Positions 21,039 through 31,632 of a stretch of DNA of 64,000 bases are shown here, piece by piece. Origin of the DNA: Spirochaetales bacterium (GTDB lineage: Bacteria > Spirochaetota > Spirochaetia > SZUA-6 > DRHE01); assembly GCA_030615505.1 (NCBI GenBank), contig JAUWZD010000003.1, forward strand, positions 5,736 to 69,735, read 5' to 3'. Every line of letters begins with the position of its first letter. The first letter of the stretch is position 1. The notes below the pieces were generated by a model, which saw only the letters and a list, made by a program, of their open reading frames with translations, made no database searches and had not been told where the DNA came from. The position numbers and the translations under genes are program-made.

Positions 21039-21329
21039 ATGAGCTTAAGAGAAATCTATAATTTTGAAAATCTGGTTAATGAAGCAGAGAGACTTGTAAT
21101 CGAAGAGTTGGAAAGACAATTTAAAAAGCGTGATGATATCTGCACTTGTGAGGAGTGTACCCTCGATATGGTGGCCTATGCTTTGAACAATGTAAAACCC
21201 TACTACCGTGTGTCGTTAATGGGCACTCTCTATGCCCATTCTCAAGATAATACCGACTATGCCAAACAAATAAAAAAAGCCGTTATTGAAGCCATCGAAA
21301 AAATCAGCAGGAATCCTTTACACGACTAA
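21039..21329 (+). CDS. ComFB-family protein (stand-alone domain)
   Basis: CTCEECTLDMVAYALNNVKPYY is the same Cys motif as in 2180..2875. Confidence 0.6.
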   Translation: MSLREIYNFENLVNEAERLVIEELERQFKKRDDICTCEECTLDMVAYALNNVKPYYRVSLMGTLYAHSQDNTDYAKQIKKAVIEAIEKISRNPLHD

Positions 21330-23342
21330 TTAAAGGTGGCGGCTGAGATGCTTACCACTGGTGGAAGAGGAGAAAACCTTCCCGTCAGATGATAGCGCGA
21401 CCCATGATGCATCCCTGAAAATGTAGATATTAAATAGAATACGCCGGGACTTTAGGTCCCAGACTGTGATCGAGGAATCCCTGTTTAAGGAAAACAGCTT
21501 TCCTCCGGCAATATATAGTTTTCGTGGTATATGATTGGAGCGCTCAAGCTCAAATATCCGTCTCCCATTCCACACAGTCACTGAATTATAGCTTAAAGAA
21601 GTGTATACATTTCCTGAGCGGTCAGATGCCATGGAGGCAGACAAATCCTCTCCATAAAATCGATAGATCGCTTTTTGCTTTTGATAACCCGCACCCGAAT
21701 GGACTTTTAAAATAGTAGTGGAATCATTCTTACTCCTCTCAACACCCAGGGAGAAAAGCAGGCGGGTTTTTTTAACATAAAGTAGATCATATATAAAGAG
21801 GCCGGGATCAGGAATGGACACAGTCTCACCGGTGATCTGATTTAGCTGTAATAATGGGCTGCCGAAGGCAGAGGCACTGCTCTTTCCTCCAATTAAAATG
21901 TTGTCTTCAGTTGATATTAGCTTATTCATACCGGGAGACAGATATTGAAATCGAGATAAATAGGTTTCACTATTTATTATTTTACAAAGGCCGCTCTTTT
22001 CAACGGTTAAAATACCCTGTTTTAAAACTTCCAGTTGAATGATAGGTGAACTGAAATCTGAGATTGTATTCTCAATCTTTCCTGTTTTCCGATTCAAGAC
22101 GGCTATAATCCCGGGTTCATCATTTTTTTTCCATAAGAGTAGATTTGCATTATCCAAAAAATCCAAGCCGACTGGTACAGAAAGTGGATTTCTGAAATTA
22201 TCTCGATCTATATGCAAAGCATCACCCCTGCCTAAGACTGAATCTGCAGAAAAAAAAGCGGAAGAGAAGACAAGAATTCGATCCGCACTTCCGACAGCCA
22301 TGGAATCATCCCTGAAGGCTAAATCGGATATGGGCAGCAGTGAATTTTTAAAGATTAATGTATAACTACCGCCAGGCCTAAGGACAGTGATTCCCCCCTC
22401 CCGATCAGCCAGATAGAGCTGCTTTTGGCCATAGGTAACACAACTTAAAACGGGACAAACTTTCATATTCGCCATAGGAATTTCGCTTAAGGATTTCTCA
22501 TTAAAATAGTACTGCTTCAGAATTGTTCCCTTATCTCTTTCAACAATAGCTGTAATTGCATTACCCTGCATAGACATTGCCAGCCTTTTGATTCCGGGAA
22601 GATCTGTCTGAGCGGCAACGGCTCCGGTTAACAGGTCCACCACAACTATCTTTTCACCTGTAGATGCTGTAATGAAACGCTTACTGGGAGAAACTACTAT
22701 TGCCGTCATATTTGGAATAGTTTTAACCTGTTTTAAATTCTTACCGCTTCGTATATCCCAATAGGATATCCACCCCGAGGGCTGATAGGTCATGATATTT
22801 CGCTCATTTCCGGACACTACAAAATAGGAGACAATTCCAAATCCTTTTCTCAAATAGGGGAGCTTTTTCCCTGTTTGCGGATTGAGTACGGAAAGGCCGT
22901 TATATTTAGCCCTGCTGTAAATTAAATACTTACCCTGGGGAGAGTAATCAAGAAACAAAGGCTGTTCTGTAATATTGAAAGAATAGAGTTTGTTTCCGCT
23001 CAGCCAATCCCAAACACTTATGCTGAAGGTATTAAGACTATCCTCTACCAGCACTGCAATTTGGGTCAACTGTGGATGTACGGCGATTTTTTGAACAGGT
23101 TGATGCGAGACACGTACATAGCAGAGAAGATCCTCAGTAGATAGGTCCCATATTCTGACTGTACCGTCTTCGCCTCCGCTTAATAGAAGATTCCTGATCT
23201 CATCGTAAATGATATCATTTATAACACCCGGATGGCTTGAGTTTACTAATATGGCCTGTTTATCTGCCTGTACAACAGATGTCAATAGTGAACAGTATGT
23301 AAATAGAATACAAAGGAATATACTGAACAGAGCCTTTTTCAA
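21330..23342 (-). CDS. secreted WD40/beta-propeller repeat protein
   Basis: Signal peptide. GGEDGTVRIWDL and repeated ...W(D) blade endings. Confidence 0.55.
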   Translation of the reverse strand: MKKALFSIFLCILFTYCSLLTSVVQADKQAILVNSSHPGVINDIIYDEIRNLLLSGGEDGTVRIWDLSTEDLLCYVRVSHQPVQKIAVHPQLTQIAVLVEDSLNTFSISVWDWLSGNKLYSFNITEQPLFLDYSPQGKYLIYSRAKYNGLSVLNPQTGKKLPYLRKGFGIVSYFVVSGNERNIMTYQPSGWISYWDIRSGKNLKQVKTIPNMTAIVVSPSKRFITASTGEKIVVVDLLTGAVAAQTDLPGIKRLAMSMQGNAITAIVERDKGTILKQYYFNEKSLSEIPMANMKVCPVLSCVTYGQKQLYLADREGGITVLRPGGSYTLIFKNSLLPISDLAFRDDSMAVGSADRILVFSSAFFSADSVLGRGDALHIDRDNFRNPLSVPVGLDFLDNANLLLWKKNDEPGIIAVLNRKTGKIENTISDFSSPIIQLEVLKQGILTVEKSGLCKIINSETYLSRFQYLSPGMNKLISTEDNILIGGKSSASAFGSPLLQLNQITGETVSIPDPGLFIYDLLYVKKTRLLFSLGVERSKNDSTTILKVHSGAGYQKQKAIYRFYGEDLSASMASDRSGNVYTSLSYNSVTVWNGRRIFELERSNHIPRKLYIAGGKLFSLNRDSSITVWDLKSRRILFNIYIFRDASWVALSSDGKVFSSSTSGKHLSRHL

Positions 23343-23962
23343 GCGTCTACCCCGGAAAGTATTTTATTAATGGAGACATAAGGAGCTTCTAAAATAGTCA
23401 AGAAGGGTTCCTCATTTTTTTTATTCTCCAACTGGAGTGTGACCTTCTCAACCATCCCCATATCTACCCGCAGAATGCCGACTTCACTTTTCCTTAAGCC
23501 TTTTGCATGAAAAATAAGGGAATTACCCTCTTTGCCGTAAAAAAGAATTCGAACCTCCATATCCGACTCAGAATCTTCTAATGCCTTTTTTAAAAGGTAA
23601 TATTTAATTATTTCAATCACCCGATCGTTTAAGTCATTCTTGAATAGTAATATTTTTTCAACCAACTCGTCATAACCTATTACAACGCGTTTTGAATTTA
23701 CAACCTTATATTCCAGCTTATCTCTCAAGAAAGCCATTCTGTCCAGCTCGGGAATAAAAAAAATATCCATTTCTCTTGAAGGATAAATTATGTGCACAGG
23801 GAATTCCGGTTTGATCAATTTTCCGCATGCCGGACAGGTGACAGCCATGAATTTACCCTTCAGAATGTCTTCTTCAATTTCCGGCTCTTTAGAAAAATCC
23901 ACCAATTTCGGTATATCAGCATTAAATTCGGCTTCACAAAAGCAGACTATCTTTTTTTTCAT
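23339..23962 (-). CDS. zinc-ribbon protein (possibly CpXC-type)
   Basis: CFCEAEF ... CPACGK cysteine pairs near the N-terminus. Weak call. Confidence 0.3.
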   Translation of the reverse strand: MKKKIVCFCEAEFNADIPKLVDFSKEPEIEEDILKGKFMAVTCPACGKLIKPEFPVHIIYPSREMDIFFIPELDRMAFLRDKLEYKVVNSKRVVIGYDELVEKILLFKNDLNDRVIEIIKYYLLKKALEDSESDMEVRILFYGKEGNSLIFHAKGLRKSEVGILRVDMGMVEKVTLQLENKKNEEPFLTILEAPYVSINKILSGVDA

Positions 23963-23965
23963 TTT

Positions 23966-25309
23966 CTATCGCCCCATAAAAAAGAGAATGTCACTGAAAG
24001 TGACAGCTATAAATACTAAAATCAAAATAGAAAAACCTACAACCTGGATTTTATATACGATTTTTGGATTAACCGGTTTCCCTCGAAAAATTTCCAATAA
24101 AAAGATCATAATCTGTCCACCATCTAAAGCGGGAATTGGTAAAAGATTCATTAAGAACAGGACAATGCTTAAAAGACAGAGAAAGCGGAAAAAAGAGACT
24201 AAGCCTTCTGAAATTCCGAAGGCAAAACCGCTTGTAGCTACAGTGCCTACGTAATAAGTAATTCTTAAAGGTCCTGCTACTGCATTACGTAGATTCACTC
24301 CCCGGAAGAGCAGGCTTATACCTTTAACAGTAAGACTTAGGGTCCTGGCAGTCTCCTGCACACCCTTGACGATCGCTCCAGGAAGGCGAACATCAGGCGA
24401 TGGATAGACGGAAAGTTTAAAGGTGATACCAGGATCAGGAATTCCATCTTCGCCATAATGGAGCACTACATTCCGGTTGTACTTAACATTATCTCTTAAA
24501 AATACTAATTCCAATTCTTCCGGCTTTTCATTTATTATTTGATAAAAGTCTATGGTATGATGAATTTCTCTGCCATTTAAGCTGATGATTCTGTCGCCCT
24601 TCATAAGGCTGGCCAGGCCTGCAGACCCATCAGGCCGGACTTTATCAATAACCGGATATCTCCATGCATAGACACCGATTTTTCCGGCGCCGGTTTCGGT
24701 GTCCAACTCCGGTACTACTTCTAAAGTCATCATGCGGCCCTCTCGCTCTATCAGTAAAACAAGCTTTTCACCGGGAGAGATAGAAACTTTTACTAAAATG
24801 TTCTGAAAGTTTTCGATTGCTTGACCATTTATATCGAAAATTCTATCTCCTGTCTTCAATCCCGCAGTAGTGGCGGGGAGTTGAGTATTTAAAGCATCAA
24901 GGCTGTAATCAGAGACTAAAACAATACGATTCTCGTCGGAGTAAACTTTAAATCCAATCCACCATATAAGAGTCAGCACTAATACAGCGAACAGGATATT
25001 GGCCAACGGACCAGCCGCTGCAACCATAATTCGTCTGTAGGGAGTGGCGGCAAAAAAAGATCCCTGCTTCTGGGTTCCATCAGATTTCAAAGGATCATCT
25101 CCTTTCATTCTACAGTAGCCCCCGATGGGAAACCAGGATATCTGGTAACTGGTTCCTCCGCGCTCAAAACCAATCATCTTTTTTCCCCAGCCTAAAGAAA
25201 ACACCTCAACCTCAATACCAACCAGCTTCGCTACTATGAAGTGCCCAAACTCATGAACAAAGACCATAATACCAAATCCCAGTACTCCGAAAAATATAGT
25301 CAATACCAT
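23966..25309 (-). CDS. rseP: RIP metalloprotease RseP (site-2 protease)
   Basis: HEFGHF zinc motif in TM1, PDZ-like central repeats, and C-terminal NLLPIPALDGG. Confidence 0.85.
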   Translation of the reverse strand: MVLTIFFGVLGFGIMVFVHEFGHFIVAKLVGIEVEVFSLGWGKKMIGFERGGTSYQISWFPIGGYCRMKGDDPLKSDGTQKQGSFFAATPYRRIMVAAAGPLANILFAVLVLTLIWWIGFKVYSDENRIVLVSDYSLDALNTQLPATTAGLKTGDRIFDINGQAIENFQNILVKVSISPGEKLVLLIEREGRMMTLEVVPELDTETGAGKIGVYAWRYPVIDKVRPDGSAGLASLMKGDRIISLNGREIHHTIDFYQIINEKPEELELVFLRDNVKYNRNVVLHYGEDGIPDPGITFKLSVYPSPDVRLPGAIVKGVQETARTLSLTVKGISLLFRGVNLRNAVAGPLRITYYVGTVATSGFAFGISEGLVSFFRFLCLLSIVLFLMNLLPIPALDGGQIMIFLLEIFRGKPVNPKIVYKIQVVGFSILILVFIAVTFSDILFFMGR

Positions 25310-26493
25310 TAAACTGTCCTTTTTATTTTTTTCATTACGCCCTCAGCCCTCTCTCTGGCCAATCTGTCGATTGAAAGAATCTCGTCCACAGTCCCTGGGG
25401 TGGAATCCCATTCACTTCCTAAAGTTTCTTCAACAAGTGAAGCAATATCCAGGAAGGAAATTCTTTCTTTTAAAAATTTTTCCACTGCAACCTCATTTGC
25501 AGCATTATAGACTATCGGATACGCGCCTTCCCGTTCCGTCGCCTGACAGGCCAGATCCAACATTTTATATTTTCTCTTATCTACCGGATAGAAGGTGAAT
25601 TCCGTGCCGGAAAGATCCAGATCTCCAAAATCTGCAGGCTTAAGAGCAGGAAAAGTTAAGGCATTATGAATTGACATGCGCATATCAGGCCTGCTGATCT
25701 GTGCATATAGGAAGCCATCAATGGTTCTGATAAATGAGTGGACAAAGCTCTGCGGGTGTATGACCACCTTAATCCTGGAGGTCTCGAAACCGTATAGGAA
25801 ATGAGCTTCAATGAACTCCAATCCCTTATTAGCCATAGTAGCTGAATCCACTGTGATTTTAGGCCCCATGCGCCAATTAGGATGATGCAAAGCATCCTTA
25901 ACCCGGACGTTTTGCAGGTTCTCATAAGTTAGATCGCGAAATGCACCGCCGGACGCGGTGAGAATGATTTCTTTCACATTCTCAAGCTCAAAATTTTTAA
26001 GCATCTGAAATAGGGCATAATGCTCAGAATCTATAGGAATCAGGTCTACCTCATTCTTTCTGGCAGCTTCCAGAATCAATGGACCTGCCATGACAACAGT
26101 CTCTTTATTGGCCAGGGCCAGATTCTTTCCCTGCTCCAGAGTTCTCAATGAGGGCAGCAGTCCACTGGAACCGGATATTCCATTTACAACAATATCTGCC
26201 TCACACTCTTCAATCATACGCAGCTGGCCTGCCTCGCCCTCGTAGAATGATATTAAATGAGAGTTAAGCATTTCCCGCAGGGATTCTAAATTGGTAGATT
26301 GACCGGTTACGGATACTGCCTTTGGAGATAATTCCTGGATCTGCCTTTTTAATTTTTCAATATTGCCTCGGCAGGAGAGGGCTGCTACTTCAAAGAATTC
26401 AATCTTTTCACGGATCACATCTAATGTATTTTCACCTATGGAGCCGGTGCTTCCCAGTACAATAACTCTCTTTTTAACATGGATCTGATTCAT
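25309..26493 (-). CDS. dxr: 1-deoxy-D-xylulose-5-phosphate reductoisomerase
   Basis: VLGSTGSIG NADPH motif, LANKE, and DSEH ... HPNW. Confidence 0.9.
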   Translation of the reverse strand: MNQIHVKKRVIVLGSTGSIGENTLDVIREKIEFFEVAALSCRGNIEKLKRQIQELSPKAVSVTGQSTNLESLREMLNSHLISFYEGEAGQLRMIEECEADIVVNGISGSSGLLPSLRTLEQGKNLALANKETVVMAGPLILEAARKNEVDLIPIDSEHYALFQMLKNFELENVKEIILTASGGAFRDLTYENLQNVRVKDALHHPNWRMGPKITVDSATMANKGLEFIEAHFLYGFETSRIKVVIHPQSFVHSFIRTIDGFLYAQISRPDMRMSIHNALTFPALKPADFGDLDLSGTEFTFYPVDKRKYKMLDLACQATEREGAYPIVYNAANEVAVEKFLKERISFLDIASLVEETLGSEWDSTPGTVDEILSIDRLARERAEGVMKKIKRTV

Positions 26494-26497
26494 ATGT

Positions 26498-27355
26498 TTA
26501 ATTTACTCTAAAAATGAAGTTTAAGACAAAGTAAAATATGGGTGCACTGATGATCATAGAGTCTAATGAATCCAACATACCTCCCCGGCCGGGAATAATA
26601 CTGCTGGAATCCTTGATATGGGCTGATCGTTTCAAGGCTGACTCAACTAAGTCTCCAAGAATTACAGCAGCCCCCATTACGGCCCCGAATAATCCGGCTG
26701 TGAAGGTGCTGAATGTCAGGATGTGGGGAAAAAGGAACTTAAACAGCACAGCAACAGCGATGGAACAGATAAATCCAGCAATAAAACCAATGCCAGTTTT
26801 ATTGGGACTTATCAGCAGCTTCAGCCTGGATTTTTTACCCAGAAACTTTCCTGCCAAGTAGGCCATAATGTCATTACCGAATACAAGGCTAAAGAAAAAT
26901 AGGAGAGCTATTGATGGGTATTCTAAGCTCGATAATTTGACAATAAATGAGGTAAACAGGGCAGGATAGATCAGAATAAACAGCGATGAACTTACAAGCT
27001 GGAGCAGAGATTGGATGTCCGATCTATTTCTAATCCATGCTGCTCTTAAAAGAACCAGACTTACCACTATGATAAACCAGGCGGTGTACCAACTTCTTTC
27101 GATGATTCCCGCAATCTCCAGATAGGTAGCCAGGAGAAGTGTTCCGCTTAAGAATGAAAATATAAACCGGGATATGGGTATGCCTTTTTTCCTGAATAGA
27201 TTTTCAACTTCCAGGGCGCCCGCAATTGTAGCTGCAACAGTGCATAAATTGAACACCAGGTGATTATGATAGGGCAGAACAAATATCAGAATATAAAAAA
27301 AAGGTACAGTAAAAAAAAGTAAAGTTGTCCGTACCCAAAACTTGGCCAGGCTCAT
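26498..27355 (-). CDS. cdsA: phosphatidate cytidylyltransferase
   Basis: Polytopic. C-terminal KRSAHIKDSSSIIPGRGGMLDSLDS is the CTP-transferase signature. Confidence 0.8.
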   Translation of the reverse strand: MSLAKFWVRTTLLFFTVPFFYILIFVLPYHNHLVFNLCTVAATIAGALEVENLFRKKGIPISRFIFSFLSGTLLLATYLEIAGIIERSWYTAWFIIVVSLVLLRAAWIRNRSDIQSLLQLVSSSLFILIYPALFTSFIVKLSSLEYPSIALLFFFSLVFGNDIMAYLAGKFLGKKSRLKLLISPNKTGIGFIAGFICSIAVAVLFKFLFPHILTFSTFTAGLFGAVMGAAVILGDLVESALKRSAHIKDSSSIIPGRGGMLDSLDSMIISAPIFYFVLNFIFRVN

Positions 27356-28107
27356 TTAAAACCGTCCTGTGCAGCGCCTACGCTGCCATCCTGTGCAGCG
27401 CCTACGCTGCCAAATTTTCGTTCCCTCTTTTGAAACTGTTTGATTGTTTCAGCCAGATCATCTCCATCCCAATCAGGCCAGAGTTTAGAACTGAAGTAAA
27501 GCTCAGAATAGGCAAGTTCCCATAACAAAAAGTTGCTTATGCGGAATTCTCCTCCAGTTCGAATGATGAGATCAGGGTACGGCACATCCGGGTGATCAAG
27601 ATATTGTATAAAATTATCTTCAGTGATTGGGGCTCGAACTGGACCTTGCTTAAGCAGCCTGTTGACGGCCCTGATTATTTCATCCCGGCCGCCGTAATTA
27701 ACAGCCAGATTTACGGTTAAGCCCTTAAAATGAGAAGTATCCAAAGTGACCTTTTCGATCTCCTCAATTACATCCTGCGGCAGCTTATTCAGATCTCCGG
27801 AATGTACCACCCGGATATGATTATTACGGTAAAAGTTATATTCCTTTTTAAGGTGGGACTTGATAAGAAACATGAGGTAAGAAACCTCTTTTTCGGCACG
27901 CTTCCAGTTTTCCGTAGAAAATACATATAGTGTTATGAATTTGATCCCAGCTTCAGAAGCAGCCTTGACAACTCTTTTAGCGGCTTTCAAGCCCTCAAGA
28001 TGCCCCTGGCGGCGGTTCTTCCCTCTCTGCTGCGCCCATCTCCCATTGCCATCCATGATGATGCCGATATGTAGGGGGAGTCGCTGGGGAACATCCCGTT
28101 CAGACAT
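27352..28107 (-). CDS. uppS: isoprenyl transferase (undecaprenyl diphosphate synthase)
   Basis: HIGIIMDGNGRWA ... IRTGGEFRISNFLLWELAYSELYF. Confidence 0.9.
   Translation of the reverse strand: MSERDVPQRLPLHIGIIMDGNGRWAQQRGKNRRQGHLEGLKAAKRVVKAASEAGIKFITLYVFSTENWKRAEKEVSYLMFLIKSHLKKEYNFYRNNHIRVVHSGDLNKLPQDVIEEIEKVTLDTSHFKGLTVNLAVNYGGRDEIIRAVNRLLKQGPVRAPITEDNFIQYLDHPDVPYPDLIIRTGGEFRISNFLLWELAYSELYFSSKLWPDWDGDDLAETIKQFQKRERKFGSVGAAQDGSVGAAQDGFK
27365..27412. repeat. perfect 2 x 24-bp tandem duplication at the 3' end of uppS
   Basis: tcctgtgcagcgcctacgctgcca occurs twice back to back and encodes GSVGAAQD x2. Confidence 0.9.
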
Positions 28108-28670
28108 TAGATTTCCAGTATTTCCTTTTCCTTTGAATCAAGCACTGAGTTAATTTCATCAATATATTTATCAGTTAATTTCTGAGTGTCTTCCATGCCC
28201 CGTTTTGCCTGATCCTCACTTAGCTCGGAAGTCTTTTGCCTCTTTTTAAAGTCCTCGTTAGTTTCCCTGCGGATATTCCGTATAGAAATCCTGTTCTTCT
28301 CCGCCATATTCTTAGCTACCTTTACCAGCTCTTTCCTGCGTTCCTCTGTCAGTGGCGGAATGTTAATCCGTATAACCTTGCCATCGCTGTTTGGATTAAC
28401 AGAAAGCTCAGACTTCATAATAGCCTTTTCAATTTCCGGCAGTACCGACCGGTCCCAAGGTTGAATAATGACCAATCTGGCTTCAGGTACAGATATGGTT
28501 GCAACCTGATTCAATGGGACCTTTTGATCATAATAATCTACTCTGATATTCTCAAAGAGAGCACTTGAAGCACGGCCGGTTCGAATGGTTTTAAACTCGT
28601 CCTGAAGGGCTTTAACACTTTTCTTCATTTTTTCTTCAGCATTCTTTATTGCTTTTTCCATATAGGACAC
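28107..28670 (-). CDS. frr: ribosome recycling factor
   Basis: TIRTGRASSALFENIRVDYY ... NIPPLTEERRKELVK. Confidence 0.95.
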   Translation of the reverse strand: MSYMEKAIKNAEEKMKKSVKALQDEFKTIRTGRASSALFENIRVDYYDQKVPLNQVATISVPEARLVIIQPWDRSVLPEIEKAIMKSELSVNPNSDGKVIRINIPPLTEERRKELVKVAKNMAEKNRISIRNIRRETNEDFKKRQKTSELSEDQAKRGMEDTQKLTDKYIDEINSVLDSKEKEILEI

Positions 28671-28721
28671 TCCTCTGAAATCATTACTATGAACTCCTTA
28701 TAGGAAGCTCATATATACAAG

Positions 28722-29567
28722 TTAGTCAAAATCCTCACCTATTTTGTAATAGAGATAATCTTTAATCTCTATTTTTCCACCAATTTCTTTACCTAGGTCG
28801 TCTAGTACCTTAGAAACTTTTATACTCTGGTTTTTTACAAATGCCTGGTCTAGCAGACAGATCTCGGAAAGGTGCTTATTGATTTTCCCCTGGACGATGC
28901 CCTTTATTACTTTTTCTGGTTTACCCAGACTTTCTGCCTGTTTAAGAAAAATTTCTTCCTGTTCTTTTATATAAGAATCTTGAACCTTGTCTTTTGAGAT
29001 GTACTGAGGCGCTGAAGCAGCAGTGTGAAGTGCCATATCGAAAGCCACTTCCTTAACTCTGGGATTCTCCTTCAATGAATCTTCAGACAAGGATAGCTTA
29101 ACGATGACCCCGATATTCCCCTCCCCATGGATGTAATCTACCAGTATAGTTTTTTGACCCGCTGATAATACATTGAATCTGCGCAGCCCAATATTTTCTT
29201 TAATCTTTCCGACTGCTTCCTTAATATAAGGATCAAAATCCTCTTTTCCCACTCCGTTGTTCTTCCCCAATACGACTTCAGTCAGTTTCTCGCCCAAAGC
29301 CTTAAATTCACTGTTTTTAGCTACGAAATCGGTTTCACAGGAGAGCTCTAAGAGTACTCCTTTATCAGGCTTTATTTTTGAGAATATTCTTCCTTCTTTT
29401 GTTGTCCTTCCTGCCCGCTTCTTAGCAGCGGCCAAGCCCATCTCTTTTAATATCTTTTCTGCTCTAACAAAATCTCCATCGGCTTCAACTAAAGCTTTTT
29501 TACAGTCCATCATGCCTGCGCCTGTTTTTTCGCGCAGCTTTTTCACATCGATTGCTTTTACTTCCAC
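28722..29567 (-). CDS. tsf: elongation factor Ts
   Basis: VKKLREKTGAGMMDCKKAL. The GTG at 29567 lies 7 nt after AGGAG. The track start at 29597 would overlap rpsB. Confidence 0.85.
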   Translation of the reverse strand: MEVKAIDVKKLREKTGAGMMDCKKALVEADGDFVRAEKILKEMGLAAAKKRAGRTTKEGRIFSKIKPDKGVLLELSCETDFVAKNSEFKALGEKLTEVVLGKNNGVGKEDFDPYIKEAVGKIKENIGLRRFNVLSAGQKTILVDYIHGEGNIGVIVKLSLSEDSLKENPRVKEVAFDMALHTAASAPQYISKDKVQDSYIKEQEEIFLKQAESLGKPEKVIKGIVQGKINKHLSEICLLDQAFVKNQSIKVSKVLDDLGKEIGGKIEIKDYLYYKIGEDFD

Positions 29568-29577
29568 CTGTGATCTC

Positions 29578-30564
29578 CTATTCTTTGTAAAGCTCATCTT
29601 CGTTTACATTATGCTCATCAACCAGGTCCTGACTGCCTGTCGGGGCGGTCTCTTCCGCCGGCTTGTCATCCTCGGGTTTATAATCTGAGTAATCCTTATC
29701 CGTAAAACCCGAGCCTTCTTCCTCTTCAACTGTCTCTCCAATGCTGGTTCCTACCGCTACCTTCTCTGCAGCACTTTCATCTTCATATTTCTTGGAAGCC
29801 TCAAAATCGGTCTTATCCACATATGAAGTGAACTCTTCATCGGCTGTTTCATCCTGTAAAGTCTCAATAACCTCAAGACCTACTTCATTTTCTGCTTCAA
29901 TAACTGCATTAGCAATTATCTGGCTGAATAGATTTATGGCACGAATGGCATCATCATTTCCGGGAATCGGGTAATCTATTCCTTCAGGATTACAATTTGT
30001 ATCAACAATAGCGACAATGGGTATATCCATCCGCTTTGCTTCTGCAACTGCGATTGCTTCCTTACGGGGATCAATAATAAACACAATCCCCGGAAGCTCC
30101 TTCATTTCCTTTATCCCACCCAGATTCTTTTCTAAACGAGTCCTTTCCTTTTGGAGACGTGCAATTTCTTTCTTTGTCAGATTCTCGAAAGTGCCGTCTA
30201 CTTCCATCTTTTCGATTTTCTTAAGGCGCACAAGTGATTTTTTAATTGTGGAAAAATTGGTAAGCATGCCGCCCAGCCAGCGATTGTTAATAAAAAACAT
30301 TCCGCAGCGGTTTGCTTCACGCTCAACCGCCTGCTGTGCCTGCTTCTTGGTTCCTACGAACAGAATTCCTTTTGAATCCAGTACCGATTTACGGACAATT
30401 TCGTAGGCTTCCTTAATCGAAACAATTGTCTTTTGAAGATCAATAATATGGATCCCATTCCTCTCAGCAAAGATATACCTCTTCATTCTGGGATCCCACC
30501 GCTTAGTCTGATGGCCAAAATGTACACCAGATTCAAGCAAATTTTTCATAGTAACAACTGCCAA
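29578..30564 (-). CDS. rpsB: 30S ribosomal protein S2 with ~85-aa acidic C-terminal tail
   Basis: [23 protein letters not shown] start 5 nt after GGAGG. Confidence 0.9.
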   Translation of the reverse strand: MAVVTMKNLLESGVHFGHQTKRWDPRMKRYIFAERNGIHIIDLQKTIVSIKEAYEIVRKSVLDSKGILFVGTKKQAQQAVEREANRCGMFFINNRWLGGMLTNFSTIKKSLVRLKKIEKMEVDGTFENLTKKEIARLQKERTRLEKNLGGIKEMKELPGIVFIIDPRKEAIAVAEAKRMDIPIVAIVDTNCNPEGIDYPIPGNDDAIRAINLFSQIIANAVIEAENEVGLEVIETLQDETADEEFTSYVDKTDFEASKKYEDESAAEKVAVGTSIGETVEEEEGSGFTDKDYSDYKPEDDKPAEETAPTGSQDLVDEHNVNEDELYKE

Positions 30565-30641
30565 ATCTTCCTCCTCTTTTCCTTCTCTCTTTCTCAGGCA
30601 GGAATATTTAATTTCTTACCCTGCCGGAAGATAGCTAGTCC

Positions 30642-31226
30642 TCAATACAGAGGACATTTATTGTCCTTTAACATGCCATAAAAAGTTGAGATAGGCAACC
30701 CCACTACATTACTGTAACTGCCTTTAATCCACTCAATAAAAAAAGCGCCCCGTTCCTGAATCCTGTAGGCTCCGGTAACACCTGACCATTCGCCGGTCAT
30801 CAGGTAATATTCGATCTCTTCTTCGCACAACTGGGTAAATTTTACGTCCGTGCGGACACTGCGCAGATCTACACTTTCACCCTTACGCGGTAATAATCCT
30901 ATACCCGTATACACCCTGTGAACTTTCCCGGATAGACTCCTGAGAATTATCTCGGCCTCTTCGATGCTTCCCGGCTTTCCAAGGGCCTTACCACCTAGCT
31001 CGATTAAGGTATCCACACCCAAAATCCAGCGGGGCGATTCTTTTGTAAGTGAAGAGCAAACCATTTCAATCTTTTTTAAAGCTATTTTTTTTACCCGCTC
31101 TTCTACGCTCTCAGCCTGTATCTGATCCTCATCAATTTGGGGCGGAATAACCTTAAAAGGGATTCGAACGCTATTTAACAGCTCCTGTCTGCGTGGAGAT
31201 CCTGATGCCAATATAATAGTTTCCAT
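30642..31226 (-). CDS. maf: Maf-like nucleoside triphosphate pyrophosphatase
   Basis: ILASGSPRRQELL ... GAYRIQ ... GSYSNVVGLP. Confidence 0.85.
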   Translation of the reverse strand: METIILASGSPRRQELLNSVRIPFKVIPPQIDEDQIQAESVEERVKKIALKKIEMVCSSLTKESPRWILGVDTLIELGGKALGKPGSIEEAEIILRSLSGKVHRVYTGIGLLPRKGESVDLRSVRTDVKFTQLCEEEIEYYLMTGEWSGVTGAYRIQERGAFFIEWIKGSYSNVVGLPISTFYGMLKDNKCPLY

Positions 31227-31237
31227 ATATAGCTTTT

Positions 31238-31474
31238 CTATATTAATCTGAAGAGCAGAATTCCTGCCAGTACACCTAAAAATGACCCAGGATTTAAAGT
31301 CAAATAGACGGCTAAAACTGAGAGATCAAAACCAATAGGTCCAACTCCTAAGGAAAGCTCCATTCCCAGATAATAACAGATTCTTTCGAATATTTCCCAG
31401 GCGAGACTACCACCAAGGGCTCCGAAGATAATGACCAACCAAAAGATGGAACGGTTCCTGCTGCTCAGCTTCAT
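31238..31474 (-). CDS. small membrane protein (DUF4321-like)
   Basis: 78 aa with 2-3 TM helices, adjacent to maf. Confidence 0.4.
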   Translation of the reverse strand: MKLSSRNRSIFWLVIIFGALGGSLAWEIFERICYYLGMELSLGVGPIGFDLSVLAVYLTLNPGSFLGVLAGILLFRLI

Positions 31475-31586
31475 TCGTGGATTTAATCCGTAGATAAAGA
31501 ATATATAAGAGAAGACCGGATTCTGTCAACCTAAAAGAGCGTTGGAAAATCGATGTGCACCGTGCATCTGCCGGAACTGACAAACA

Positions 31587-31615
31587 TTGACATCATCATA
31601 CATAAAAGGTATGGT
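31587..31615 (+). promoter_or_regulatory. candidate sigma70-type promoter of tRNA-Arg
   Basis: TTGACA (31587-31592), 17-nt spacer, TATGGT (31610-31615). The tRNA 5' end lies 17 nt downstream of the -10 hexamer (first base 31633). Confidence 0.35.
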
Positions 31616-31632
31616 CATAAATAATCTGACCG

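Noticed and set aside
23790-24254. 154-aa plus-strand ORF spanning the rseP / zinc-ribbon gene junction
   Set aside because: It is antisense to two well-supported genes and has no recognisable features.
28671-28721. Apparent absence of pyrH between tsf and frr
   Set aside because: I considered a deletion. However, the rpsB-tsf-frr-uppS-cdsA order without pyrH is what I recall for spirochaetes such as Borrelia, so it is probably lineage-typical.
29257-30406. Long plus-strand ORFs (143, 77 and 129 aa) opposite tsf and rpsB
   Set aside because: These are antisense shadow frames of highly conserved, clearly real genes, with Ser/Phe/Leu-rich nonsense composition.
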